From Geosiphon pyriformis uo1 (taxonomy: Eukaryota > Fungi > Glomeromycota), in the NCBI GenBank assembly GCA_016748015.1, contig JAAOMT010000054.1:142499-206498 (forward strand): a stretch of 64,000 bases of DNA, given 5' to 3'. The notes beneath the pieces were generated by a model. That model did not search any database and was not told the origin of the DNA. It was given only the letters and a program-made list of their open reading frames with translations. Below, one piece after another: positions 1 through 13,695 of this stretch (positions are counted from its first letter, which is position 1; the number at the start of each line of letters is the position of its first letter). A program made the translations under genes and the position numbers.

Positions 1-214
1 GAGCCAAAAGTTTGAAATATATATGGATCACAAAAGATTGACCTCAATTCAGAAGCAAGAATTTGGAGATGACCACCATGTCAAATAGAAAATAGAACTT
101 TCACCATTCAATTATATAGTACATTATAAAAAGGGAAAAGACAATGGAAATGCTGATGGATTGTCGCAAATAAGACAAATCTAAAAACATTTCAAACCAA
201 AAATATAACAAAAG

Positions 215-1591
215 ATGAATATACAAAAATACCAACAACTTTAACATTATATAAATATCCAATTGTTCAAGGAGAAATTATCTCAACAGGAACAAAAAAA
301 CATAAAACAAAAATTAAAATATTTTATCAACCATTAAAATATACTTTACTGGAAGAACAAAAGAAATCCAGATCAACCAATCAAAGTAATCATTGAACCA
401 AAAAAAGAGACAGTACTATTTAACATGCATTCAGATCCAACAGCAAGACATTTTCATAAAGAAGCAATCATGGAAAAAACCAGAAAAAGATACTATTGGC
501 CATCAATGTATCTGAACATTATTTAATACATTCAAAGTTGTGATGCTTGTCAAAGAAGAGATGGAACCAAACCCAGTGAACCATTAAGACCAATCAAAGT
601 GGAACAATCATTCAACTGTATTAGAATTGATTTAGTCGGACTATTAACAATCACCAGCAGAGGCAACAGATATATTGCAATAGCCATAGACTATCTTACA
701 AAATGGCCAGAAGCAAAAGTCATTCAAAAAGCAGATGCAGAATCTGTTGCTGAATTTATTTATCAAGACTTGATATGTCGACATGGATGCCCAAAAGAAC
801 TACTATCAGATCAAGGAACTCACTTTGTAAACAGAATATTGACAGAACTAAGTCAAAAATTTGGAATTAAAAGACCATTGTCATCATCATACTATCTACA
901 AACCAACAGATTAGTTAAAAGATTCAATAGAACACTGTGTAAAACAATTGCCAAAATCAGTCAAAAAAACCAGGACAAATAGAACTTGTTTATATCATCA
1001 ATATTATTTGCTTATTGGACAATGAAGCAAGACACTACACAAGTAACACCATTTGAATTAGTATATAGTAGAACAACAACATTACCAGTTGAAATAGAAG
1101 TCAATACTTATCCAACAAAACCAATAAATGAAGACAATTTTCAGGAAATGTTACTAAGAAAAACATATGACTTAATGGAAACACTAGAAAACAAATGACG
1201 AAGAGCAGCTGATAATATTCAAAAGTCACAAGAAAAACAAAAAAAAAGACATGATAATCAACTATCAGAGAAACCAGTTGGATTCAAAATTAGAGACAAA
1301 GTGCTTCTACATTATACCAAAGTGAAAAAACAATAGAGTAGGAAATTTGACCCCAAATGGGATGAATCATTTCACATTAAAGAAATTCTTAAAAATAGAG
1401 CTTATAAATTAAGATGGGACAACAAAATCTTAATCAAAGCAGCACATAGTGATTGACTGAAACCATATTATCATATAGTGTCACCATCTACCAATAATAT
1501 TCCACAATTGGGAATACAAAAAATACTAATTCAACCAGATAAGATTTCATGAGATCTGGAACCAATCATAATCATTGGACCAAACACATAA
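215..1591 (+). pseudogene. Integrase ORF of copy A (decayed)
   Basis: ATG at 215 after the RNase H stop at 182-184; H..H..CDAC zinc motif; IDLVG, LLSDQGTHF, TNRLVKRFN core; FKIRDKVLL..KWDESF (GPF-like); in-frame stops. Confidence 0.9.
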
Positions 1592-1621
1592 AGTTGAACA
1601 ATAAAGAAAGTATATAAAGAC

Positions 1622-2290
1622 ATGGCAGACATGACAAAAGACTTCAAAAAAATAGAAATTACTGACAACATCTACTCACTAGCACAACAACTCTTCCAAT
1701 TGATTCAACAACAGAATATAGAAATTACTATCAATCAACAAACCATTAGATACCAAAATACTAAAAAGACATCCAAATACAAAAGTCAAAAGAAAACAGA
1801 AAACACTATTGACAAAATGGTGTTGAAAATAAAATTAGCAATAAAAGAACCAATAAGTATCAACATATATCAAGAGTTGATTAAAGAAACTTGGAAATGG
1901 TGGATACACGAATTTCCAAAGAACTTTTGTTATTTCTACTTGGGAAGACACTTGAATATTCAGAACTTATACATAGATAAAACAAAACGATTATTTGACA
2001 CAACAATACTGCAACAACTAGAACAATTTGTGAGAAAAAACAATATAACAACACAAATAAGAGCCATCTATTGATTGCATGCTGGATTCCAAAACAGATC
2101 AGAAGTTCTACTTAATCTGAAAATGAACTCCATTACAGCTAACCAAATGGGAAAAATAACCAACACCCAATTTAAAGAATTACAAACCAAAATAACACAA
2201 ATAATTCTCGAAAAAGAAGTTCAAGAAATACTTTAAGAAAAAGAATTAGAGTTAAGAGATTTGAGAGATCTCGACAGAGCTTAATATTAA
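1622..2290 (+). pseudogene. ORF3 of copy A, ~220 codons, unknown function
   Basis: ATG at 1622; frame continues through transition-type stops to TAA 2288-2290; homologous to 25052-25711. Confidence 0.8.
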
Positions 2291-2304
2291 AAAGAAGAGA
2301 ATAA

Positions 2305-3168
2305 CATTACTTATAAAATATAGAAAATATATTAGCATATAAATTAGCCAATCAGGAATAGCCATAGTAAATGTGGAATTCCAGGATTCCTTTCAAGAGA
2401 AATTGCAGGATTCCAGGAATTTCAGAATTCTCATACAAGGAATCGCAGGATTTCAAAATTCCAGGATTTCTCTCAAAAAAAATTGCAGAATTCTAGGAAT
2501 TCCAAGATTTCTGGTGTGAAGAAATAAGAAATTGAGAAATCTCAATTATGTATATATAGCAGTAGCATTAAAAACAGAAAGAGACAGAATCCTTTAGTTA
2601 GAGACCTCCCAGTTTAGATTTGATCTAAGCAATTTTCCACATCACAAATAAATAATTATTCATTATTTTAATCTATTTCCCACTATCAACATGAAATGTT
2701 GATAGTAATTGATACTTAACCATACTGGAACAATAGCTCTTAATTATGGCTATTGACGGAATACTAACTTACAATTGCTTTTACTTGTTTCTTTATTTTC
2801 TTTTATTTTATTTTTTATTTTTTTGTTATTTCTTTGGTTTTTACTAAATTGATTAAAGATTAAGCGCTGAGATACAAATGTCATAGGAACTGGTAAAAAA
2901 CCTGTAAAACAAGAGTAGAACACTCATAGATTTGAGGATAGCTTACCAAGAGAATTACCAGCCATTATGCTGAGAAAGAAATTTGACAAAACTGTGGTTT
3001 TGGGAAGCTACAAATAAAACCATTAATTAAATCTCTGTCTATTATACAAAGAACTCTACACCAAAACCTTCAGAAAACACACCTTCAGATATTAACACCA
3101 CATATCAACCAAGCACCAAGTTATGGGTTTGTTATTTAATTTGAGACCCCAAATAATCAACTATAACA
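2305..3168 (+). repeat. 3' LTR of copy A, preceded by a polypurine tract at ~2290-2304
   Basis: Similar to LTRs 16487-17363 and 25725-26560; AGCCAATCAG box, GGA(A)TTCC array, TATATATAG. Confidence 0.9.
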
Positions 3169-4570
3169 GTGGCTAATTTATATGACATCAATGGCTAATA
3201 CATGTGATAATTAATAAGAAGTGTAGGTTTCAACCATAACATTATCCTCTCCAAAGAGATTGAGCTCTGACAAAATCAAGCTATTCATGATGTAATCTAT
3301 TTGAAAAGTTTTATTTAACTCAAAGTTAACTAGTTTGTTGAAGTTTTTTGTGGATAGGATATATAATACTTAAGATGAAATGAGTTTTGTATACAAGAAA
3401 CCAAATCTTTGTATTAGAGTTTTGGCTTTTTTAGCAATAGTTAAAACTTTTGGGGCATCTAACCATATAATGCCCAAAATTTCTGTCTGTATTTCTGAAG
3501 TTGTTTTTCTTCATGAGTTTTATATCTTCTATAATTTTACTAAGGCAACTATAGAGTTTTAATTGCCTTCTATATAACAAGTTTTTGTCTATGGGTAAAA
3601 TTTCTTGGAATGTTTTTCCAATTGTGCTGGAAGATGGGAGTATAGCTGCTGTTATACTTTCCAACAGATATTTATCCATTTTGCTACTAATTTTTTCTCT
3701 TCTGATAATAGTTTTCTTTTGTCTAATAACAGTATGTATTCTACTGTTATCAGTTATGATGGTTTGTTTTTTAATGGTCAGAGTAGCATTTGGATAGTTT
3801 TTGATCCAATACTTATGAAGAGTATAGAAGGCATTTTGAATGTTTTGATTCAGAAAATAATTATTCATATTGATTGAAAATACCTCTGTTTTGGGAATGG
3901 TGTATTTATTTATACTTGATTTTTGCTGATTATTTGAGTTAATATTACCACAACAGGCAACCAATCAGATTATTTATAATATTTCTTGAATCATGTACCA
4001 TGAACAGGATGATTATTGAAGATTGTTCTGGATTGATCTTGAAGAATATAAGAACCATTGTTTAAAACTTTGTTGACTATAAAGAGTCTTTTCCACTGGC
4101 TAAAAAATTTATCACCATAGACATTGTCTCTATCTGAATGGTATTTTAGTACTAAGTCACCAACACTTAAAAAAAGTGTTTTATAAGTTTTCTTTTTCTT
4201 AAGCTTTTCTTGGAACTGTTTTATCTTTTCAAAAGCAATTATTCATGCTTCTATTAAGAAGTCAAGAATGATATCAAGTCTTCTTTGCAAAATGTCTTTG
4301 TAATTTTCTATTGTGATTTCTTTAAAAGATATTGTTTTAATGTCAGTTTCTATTAGTAGTGTTGCCATGCATCCATAGAACAAATAAAAAGGTTCATAAT
4401 TTGTTATGTCATGATTTACAGTTCTATAAGCAAACAAAGTTGAAGGCAGTACTTTGTTCTATAAGTTTGTTTCTTCACTGGTTTTGGCTAGAATTTCACA
4501 TAGTGTTCTATTAAAACATTCCACTAAGCTATTTGTTTAGGGGTGATAAGAGAAAGAAAGTTTATGATGT
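3169..4570 (-). mobile_element. Gypsy family C fragment C0: integrase C-half, ORF3 (~3211-3868), first 73 bp of the 3' LTR (3169-3241)
   Basis: Reverse-strand match to 37240-38630; cut on the left by copy A and on the right by copy B. Confidence 0.9.
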
Positions 4571-5537
4571 TGTCATTAGCAGAATTTTAGCTATTAATTA
4601 GCATAAAATTACTCTCATAATTCCTATTATTAATTAGTATATATTATTATTATTTCGAATATTACTTATTATTTAATCAAATTATCAAATATTATTACTC
4701 AATTAATAATCTGATTTGTACCATAGAAATTAAGATAATCAAATTACACAATACCCTGAACCATTTAATATAGTCAAATTTGCTGAAATTAATAAAAATT
4801 GGCCGAAATAATCAATAGTTCAGTGAAATAACTTGCAGTTTGCTAAAATGTATCTTTAGTTTACCCAAATTGTAGCAAAAAGAAAAGTGCAAGTTCAAAA
4901 ACTAGTACTATAACAAGTTGTATAAAAGAAGAGCTTCTTTCTTCAAGAAAATGTATTTTCTTATAGTATTTTAACATAGTATCTCACTTTAGATATCTTA
5001 ATTAGAACAAATCATTTTTTACATATTCAAATAAAAATTAAATATTCAAAAACCAAATTCTTTGATTATTGCACTTCAAATTCCCTTAACACAACTAACA
5101 TTTCAAAATTGATTAGCTATCAATTTTAGTAATTTGTTAGTAATTCTAAGTCTGGATAGAAAATGTTTCTCTTGATAAATTTTATTTTTTTTATATTTTT
5201 TTTATTTATTTTTCTTTTTTATTACAATCATTAAGGTAGTCTACAAACAAAATTTCTGTAGAAGAGTTGACTTTCACAGCAAAGTAACTACACATTTTTA
5301 GTGAGCTTTTAGATGAGCAATTTCTAAGAAAGAGTTAATGTTTACTACAATGTAACTACATAAAGTAACTGGCAAGAAATTGGCCATTTCACTTATAAGC
5401 CCAGCAGTTTAAATTATAAGAGATAATTTGAAGATAAATTCAGTTACTAGAGATCCAACTACTTCCTGAGAATGTGAATTCACAGCAAATTAACATTAAC
5501 AACATTCAAGAAAAGAGACCAAAAACCTCCTGTAATA
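4571..5537 (+). repeat. 5' LTR of copy B
   Basis: Starts TGTCAT where C0 homology stops; ends GTAATA (decayed TGTCAC..GTGACA), followed by TT-TGGTGCTTTTC PBS; TATAAAAG at 4921. No partner LTR to confirm. Confidence 0.7.
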
Positions 5538-7908
5538 TTTGGTGCTTTTCTATAGAAATAACACAGCAACAACAAATTCAAAGTGGCGACCATATCAAAC
5601 ACAACAACTCTAAAGTATTATCAGCAATTTATACTTACTGCAAGCAAAGATTCAACATCCCAGATGGAATTGAAGTTGTCAAGAAATCAGTATACCAATA
5701 TATTGAAAACTGTATTAACAATTATCTTTTTGGAAACTACAACATTTTAGAAGTTAGAAGCAACCTTTACAATAATTTAGTGCATTATTCACAATTAAAA
5801 ACAGAAGACCTGAACAGTGAAACTCTTGCAACCTACTTCCAAAAACTTAACTTTAGCATTATTCAGTATTGTAAAGAAAAATACCCAGTACAGGCTAGAT
5901 ACTCTATTGACTTTGAATCAGAAACAGAAACAAGCAACAAAGGCAAACAAAAACTAAAGCAACATTCAAACACCACTCCAACCACCCCAAAGACACCAAA
6001 AATAACTGCCAAAAACTTGCAAATTTCAGAACAAAGAACTAGCACCAGACTTTCACTCTTAGTTACACTCTTTTTAATTTTATTTGCTCAATCACAAACA
6101 CCAAATTTATTACTTATCCATTTTTCAAGACCAAAAGATTTTCAGTTATCCAAAAATTCTATTCAATAGCAGGAACTCATATCAACCAGCACCAATATTA
6201 TTGATTACCTACAAAAAAACAAAAGTAATTATTCAGAGAACTTGGAAAGTAAGAAAACTGAATCAGAACAAAAAAAAACTACAGAAAATAAAAAAAAATA
6301 ACAACTGCTTATATTGCAAAAATCCCAAAATTTACTGGTAAAAATAATAATACCAGTCCTTAAGAATGGCTTGATAAAGTCCAGAAAACAGGAGATGCAA
6401 ATGGTTGAAATACAGCAAGAATGCTCAAAACAATCTCATACTTTCTCCAAGAAACTACAGAAGAATGGTTTGAAAACTTAGAAAAACCATTTAGAAACTG
6501 GCAAGCATTCAAAGATGCTTTCTTACAACAATTCACCAACAACAACACCTCTATTACTCTCTGAAATTGCTTTCACAATATCAAACAAGAAACATCTGAA
6601 ACTGTTATGACCTATCTGGGAAGATTCAACAAACTTCTTTGACAAATTCGACAATTGGAAACCAATGAATTCTATTTTAATGCCCAGATTTTGAATCAGT
6701 TTATAGCAGAATTAAAAGACAAATTAATCAAGAAAGTTCACCCACATGTCTCAGAAGACTTAGCAGCAGCCATTAGACATGCAAAAAATTATGAAATAGT
6801 AATAAAAGAAGCCAATCATACTAAACTTGTAAATCTTGCTATTGGAGAAACTAGCTCAACAGCTGAAAAAGAAATTGACCAACTAACAAAGAAGATTGAG
6901 AACTATTTCACTAACCAGCAACAACAGCAACAATTACAAAGATATTAGCCACCACAATAATAAAACCAAAACAACTATTCATTTTCATTAAACAGCCAAA
7001 ACCAAAGTTGTTACTATTGTGGAATTCTAGAACATTGGAAACAAGATTGCAGAAAGCTACAAAGAGACCAACAAAACAAAAGTAATCAATGTTACTCTTC
7101 AATACAGCAATTTTATTATCAGCCTCTACCACCAGCCTACTATTCTTCAAGACCTCAACAGCAAACCAATTACTATCAATCTGCTTTACAGCAACAATAT
7201 TAACAACTTTCACCAATTTGACAGTATTAGCCATCTACACAACAATATTAAGTACCAGCCTGAAGATTGGTTCAACATAACCAATTTACATCTCAAAATC
7301 AATTTTAGAATAACAACAACAGAATCAACTCAATAACCAGTTAGTTCTCTGAAATTCTGGTTAGCAAAGACCCAATCACTATTACACTCAACCCAATTAT
7401 CTTACAATGTCTGAAGGATCAAATTTTTAACAAACTGTACTTTTTGAAGGTGAAGTTGCAGCACCAAAATCAAACCCTTCTAACAATACTATTTCACCAG
7501 CTCAAATTGCTCAAAATACCAATCTCTCAGATATATTTCCATTTAAATTTGAAGCCAATGAATCACCATTTTTGTTTAGCAATACAGCAGTCAATAAACA
7601 AAAAACAATTACAGCAATATATACTAAAGCTAAAGTTAAAGGAAAACCAATTTGGTTAATCTTAGATAGTGGATTAGCTAGAAGTATTATTACCTACTAA
7701 TTAATGCAACAGCTTTAAAGAACTGTTAACAGGCCAGCCCAAACTGTCATTGTTACAGCAGATGGGATGAAAAAGACACCAATAGGAGAAATTAACAACT
7801 TTTTATTTACAATTAATGAAATCACCATTCCAGTCAAAGTTTTAGTCATGAATGCACCACAATACCAAGCTCTTGTTAGAAATAATTGGCTTCTCAAGGC
7901 CAATGCAA

Positions 7909-10354
7909 TTTTTTTTTTTTTTGTTAATGTATAGCCATGTTAGTTGTTTATTAGTTAAGTCCACAGTAATATGGCAGTTTTATAAAGCCAGCTTACTCAA
8001 TAATACAAAAATCACAAGATGCGGCTAACTACAAATGGAAAGCCCTAACTACACATTAATATTATCTTTGCTACCTAATGTATTAAACATATCTAATTCA
8101 TATATCTTACCTATAATGCATACAAGCTCATGGCTACTCTTAACAAAACCACTTATCCACTTAGCAGTCTGATCAAGATCAGATTTGATATTAAAGGATT
8201 GAACCTCCCACAATTCCATCATTGCATCAAATGTATCATCATAGACTGAAAAATTTTTAACTTCATTATTATTATTATTATTATTATCATCCATGTTTTC
8301 ATCATCAAATATGTCAAAGTGAACTTTCCTACTCCTTAACTTGATGGCCCCCATTTTTTTTTGCAGCACAGAAGCCACAGCATGAACAGCATTAATTTGG
8401 TTTCCCAATCCAACCATACTTTTTTTCATTGCTTCTGCCATAACAGGTGGAGTAGACAATATTTTAGTAATCAACACAACCAAAAAACTCACAGGCTCAA
8501 CTATAGATTTAATCAACAAAGACAGTTTACTAAGTTGGGTTTCCAGAAAAGTCAATCTAGCATTAACAGCAACATCTGAACCAGAGAAAACAACAGGCAA
8601 CAGAGATACAACACCTTTGGGAGGAGCACTAAAAGCCAGAACTATATTGGCAGCAGCAGCAACAGGAAAAACCACAGAGGTAGCAGCTTTGGTATAGGAT
8701 TTTGCTCCAATAAAGAATGACTTAAAGATATTGGCACCACCAGCAGAATTAGAAAAGAGTTTGGGCAGGAGAGGTGGCAACACCTTGCAGTTTACAGCCA
8801 AGTAATCTAAACTTTGACATCTGTAGCAGTGATGACATCCAGAAGTTTCCCACCAGATACAGCAGCCACATAAAGTACCAGTTTTTGAAACAGCAGTATT
8901 TAAAGATTCCAAAAAATTAAAGGTCACCACAGCAAAGCATTAACATTAATAGAAATTAGGGAAGTAGGAAATGAAACATGTATGGCCACCAACTTGGGAG
9001 ACCATATTACTTATTTCAAATACAGTGCAGCCAAATGGAAGATTTACTAGCTTAGCTTTAAAAGCATCTTTTGAGGAGATAGCTTTCTTTTAGTTGGCAA
9101 TAGGAAGAATCCTAATACTGTTTTTCCTGACCAAAACAGACCAATAAGAGAAAACATTAGCAGCAGAAGAAGTGTCCTTAAAATTAACCACAGCATATTG
9201 CCATAAGCCAGCAGGCTTTAACTTAACAGACATGACAATACCAAAAATGCCAAGAGCAGTTTTGATGTCATTAGAAGAGGTACCCAAAGATATGTCATGC
9301 AGTACAACTAACAGAGAAGGAAAAGAAACAGAGGCCACACCAGAAGATTGTGCAATCTTAAGAGTGGTCAAAAAAATCTTATTACCAATGGCCACTTTGG
9401 TGGCACCAGTTAAATTTTCTTAAGATGCAAATTCTACACAGAACAACTTAACAGCATTTCATAAAACTGACTTAAGCCCAATACAACTAAGCAGTAGCTG
9501 AAACAAGGAACTAAGAAGGGCCATCTTGATCTTGAATGTGGCACCAGGCACAAGAGTGGAGGCCACCCATCCAGAAAACTTTTGTTGACCATTCACATTT
9601 ATCCAAGCACCACTATCAACAACACCAGAAACTGGGGGAAAAGTAGATAATTCTATTTCTATCTGATCAGTTCAATCTTTGAGATCATTTGAAATGATGG
9701 GCTGTTTTGCTTCCATGACAGAAAATGATCTGCCAGAGATTACTACATCAGACAACACAGCCAGTGGTTAATTTTGCTTCATATTAGGAGTTAAGCCATT
9801 GCTATTGCCATTCATATCAGAAAGAGGGCTGGCTGCTGTTGTAAAGATCTTACCTAAGATCTCATCTGGAACTACAAAAGAGTTTGATATGACCATAGCA
9901 GTTGTTATTGCTTGCTGCTGTTTTTTGGAATTTTTGGCTTTTGTGGTCATTTGTAAAGTAGAGATAGTAGAAGTAGTGGAAGTGGTGAGAGCAGGAAAGA
10001 CCAACTTGTTGACAGGTTTGTTATTAAAAATCTTTGGACTTTTTGAAGTAGTAAAGACAACACTGAGACTAATCCGAGTATGCCTTTTTGAAAGAACTTT
10101 GACTAGAGAAGAATTACCAGCCAAAGGAAAAGAAAATGAACCAGAAGTCACTAAAAGCAGCTTTTCACTAATGTTTTTTAAAAGAAATATAGCCAGAACA
10201 TTTTGTCTAGCTGCTTCAATAACAGAGAAACTCTCTCATGTTGAAACTTTATTAGTTACTATAGAAAAAGTACTGTTTGTAGCTTTTTTACTCTTAGCTT
10301 TAGTCGTGGTCATAAAATTTAAGAGAGAAAGAGTTTTTGAAATCAATAAAATTT
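7909..10354 (-). mobile_element. ORF1-only non-LTR retroposon, copy 1 (HAL1-like)
   Basis: Poly(T) at 7909-7922; 10-bp TSD GCCAATGCAA at 7899-7908 and 10355-10364; single ORF; no endonuclease or RT. Confidence 0.9.
8049..10313 (-). pseudogene. LINE-type ORF1 protein (~754 codons): RRM-like domains, CCHC knuckle, coiled coil, acidic tail
   Basis: ATG at 10313 is in frame with the stop at 8049; WQYAVVNF..WSVLVRKNSIRILP; CYRCQSLDYLAVNC; homologous to LINE ORF1 at 16141 and 58373. Confidence 0.85.
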
Positions 10355-11379
10355 GCCAATGCAAATTTAGATTGAGAAACCCAAAAATTGAAGATTTTAT
10401 ACCAAGGACAATATACTAAAGTACTTGCCACTTGTAGCACTTTTAATAAAAAATCTGAGAAAGCTTCAGTATTCAAATTTGAAAAAGAAAAAGAACTACT
10501 AATTACTGAAATCTTTATGGCTCTTGGATCAACATCCAGTTGGGCTAAGAAAACAGAACAAGAAATCTTTGAGAAGACCAGAAAATAAAATGTAATTAGA
10601 TATTCTACACCAGAACCATGGAAACAACCACCTTATATTCCACTCAAATACAAAGATTGCAACAAGAAACTTTTATTAATGAGAGCATGTATTTCTCCAG
10701 AAAAAGAATATGAAACTCACACCTACTACTTTTGCAAAGCATGCCATAAAGAACGATTTGGATATTCCAAAAAGAGTGAAAAATGGGACAACACTCTTTG
10801 CCTTACATGTGAAGATATACTACCAGAAGAATGCAACTGGATTAATGTTGCAATAAGAGGAGGAGTATGTAACCAAATCTGCCAATATGCCCTATTAATT
10901 TCGGAAAAAGTTAAAAGAGGAACACTTTTTAATGTAGCATACAACAGTGCTTTTAACAAACTTTACTACTATCTTTATAATGCTAAAATGATCTTTGATT
11001 TAGCAATAGCTTTAATTAATAAAGCCATACAGAAAGATGTCCAACAAATGAAAGAAGCTAAGTACATTAAATACACAATAAAATTAGCTAGATTCAACTA
11101 TAAAAATGAAGTAAAGACATACCACCAAATTGCAAGCCACACATATTCAAACCAAGAAGCTCAAATTCAATAAATAAAGCAAATAAACATTTAATTGTGT
11201 AAAGAATACATCATGCCTTGTGATGACAAATAGTGTCCAAAATGCTATGCTTTTAGCATTCCTCTGCCCAGTAAAAATAACCAAAAAGAAATTGAATTTG
11301 AGAAACCAGAAACAAAAAAAAAATTGCAACAACACCAATTTATCTTACTGAAAACCAGCCTGCTATACAATTTAAATAC

Positions 11380-11800
11380 TTTGACAACAATGGACAAGGA
11401 ATAAAACCAGAAAAAGCCCATAAAATTGATGCAGAATATAATTTCAGATATCTTGGCAAAGATACTTTAGTTCTTCAACCAAAATGCTTAACCAAAATCA
11501 ACTTCAGAATTGCTCTTAAAATATTACCAAAAGCAATAGTACAAATTGCTTCCCAATTATTATTGGCAAACAAAGGAATCAATGTTAAAAAAAGAGTCAT
11601 AGATGCAGAATATACTGGAGACATTACTATCATGTTACAGAATGAAACAGACAAACCATTTAAGATTGAACATGCTGAAAAAATTATCCAAACAATTTAC
11701 TTACTCTTAATCAACATTTCGGGTTTACAATCAGTTAAGAACAGAGAACAATTGAGAAAAAGTGAAAGAAAAACTCAAGGTTTTGGTTCAACTGGACGAT
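11380..11800 (+). pseudogene. Trimeric-type dUTPase domain in copy B
   Basis: PEKAHKIDAEYNF (motif I), VIDAEYTGDI (III), KIIQ (IV), SERKTQGFGSTG (V). Confidence 0.9.
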
Positions 11801-13695
11801 TTACAGTACCAGTAAACATAGCTCTTAATGCACAGAATGAATCTCACCAGATTTTTCAATTTCTCTAATTACCATTTCACTTTTTGGAGAACATCACAAA
11901 ATTTACACTTGCTTAAAACTCACCACTACTCAACAAATCTTTGAATCCAATGAACAAATCTGTTTATAGCATGAAATCTCAATCTCAAACATTTATATTC
12001 CCAAAAAAATGAAAAAATTTCAAGTTATATTCTACAACTCCAATAATTATCTTATTGTCTTATTGATAAATTAGAGATTGGAATCATACACAGCAATATC
12101 TTCCAAGATAAAAATCCTTAAATTATCTCTAATTTCATCAAAATTATAAGACATACACTATTTTCAAATCCAAACATCATTTCTACTACTAAAAACTACC
12201 ACCTTTTGGAAAAAAAACTCTCTCAAATCAACATGGGTCCCTTAGAACCTTAACAACAAAGACAATTGAAACAGCTAATAGCTGAATTCGCTAACATATT
12301 TGCAAAAAACAACAATAACCTTGGAAAAATTGATATTGTTCAACATTAAATCCATACAAAAGATGTTCTACCAAAATATCAATAAGCTTATTGAGTGCCA
12401 CTTGCCAGCCACCAATTCATTAGGAAAGAAGTTCAAAGAATGCTCAATAATGGATTGATTTAACCATCAAGAAGTCCTTGGGCCTCACCAGTAGTCTTTA
12501 TTAAAAAAAAAATAGAAAAATCAGATTTTGTGTTAACTATCACCAACTGAACAGTATGACAATTGGAGAAGCCTACTCTTTACCAAGAATTAATAACATG
12601 CTAGATGTTCTAGAAAAAACCATGTTCTTTTTAACTTTAGACTTGAAAAGTAGATACTGACAAGTCGAAATAGACCCAAAAAATCAATCCAAAACAGCAT
12701 TTACCACTCAAGAAGAAAACTATGAGTTCAATGTTATGTCTTTTAAACTCTGCAATGCATCAGCAACATTCCAATAACTTATGAATGTTGTATATAAAGG
12801 ACTTTTATGGCAATTAGTAGTTGTCTATCTGGATGACACTAATGTGTACTTACCAAGTTTTGAAGCCCATTTTATCTGCCTGTAAGAAGTTTTTTAATGA
12901 TTACAGAAAGCAGGATTAAAGTTAAACATTGAGAAATATTACTTTAGAAAAACAAGTTTAATCTTTCTTGGATACATTGTTAGCAAAGATGGAGTTAAAC
13001 CAAACCTTAGAACAATCAGTGCTGTTAAAAACTTTCAAACTTCCAAAAATACCACAGAGCTATGAAAATTTGTAGGATTAGTCTCCTACTATTGAAAATT
13101 CATAAAAAAATTCTCAGAAATTGCCAAACTACTCAATTATCTTACCAACAAAAATGTGCCATATCAATGAACTGAAGAACAACAAAAAGCTTTTGAAACC
13201 CTCAAAACAAAATTGACAACAGCCCCAGTTTTTGCTTATTCAGACTTCAACAAATGATTTTAACTAGTCACTGATGCCTCACATATAGCATTTGGTGTCA
13301 TCTTATCACAATTAGATAAAAATAGCCAAGAACAAGTCATTGTCTATGCCAGTAAAACACTCAAGCCAACAGAACTCAAATATAGCTCAACTGAATTAGA
13401 AGCTGTTACAGTCATTTGGGCTATTAAACATTTTTAACAATACCTAAAGAATAGAAAAGAATTTGACATCATAACTGACAATATTGGCCTCAAATGGCTC
13501 AATAAAAAGAAAACTGAACAAAGTGCCAAACAGTCTCAATAGAATAACTTTTTAGCAGACTACAAATATATTATACACCACAAACCAAGAAAACTACACA
13601 TTAATGTTAATAGCTTTTTAAGAATAAGACAAGATTAACACCAACAACAAATCCGCCACAACTCACCAACCTACCAACAAAATAACTAAACAACA

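Larger units (their letters stand above)
1..3168 (+). mobile_element. Ty3/Gypsy LTR retrotransposon copy A (family D), 3' part: end of RNase H, integrase, ORF3, 3' LTR
   Basis: Colinear with 23390-26560 of copy D; ends ...TATAACA at 3168, directly abutting a minus-strand family C LTR. Confidence 0.93.
5560..13638 (+). pseudogene. gag-pol of copy B (gag, CCHC, PR, Cys-rich, dUTPase, RT, RNase H), interrupted at 7909-10354
   Basis: CYYCGILEHWKQDC knuckle ~7008; LILDSG ~7658; SPWASPVVL ~12474; LDLKS; YLDD; ends ...RIRQD TAA at 13636-13638. Start approximate. Confidence 0.85.

Noticed and set aside
1622-2290. ORF3 as an env gene or chromodomain
   Set aside because: No signal peptide, transmembrane helix or chromodomain aromatic-cage pattern visible.
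5474-6169. 231-aa standalone gene
   Set aside because: Starts inside the LTR at GTG and crosses the PBS; it is the gag N-terminal region, homologous to 17390-17998.
9799-10419. Plus-strand ORFs 9799-10419, 44864-45271, 46606-47034 and many similar short antisense ORFs
   Set aside because: Shadows of transposon ORFs on the other strand; no independent motifs, and several cross insertion junctions.
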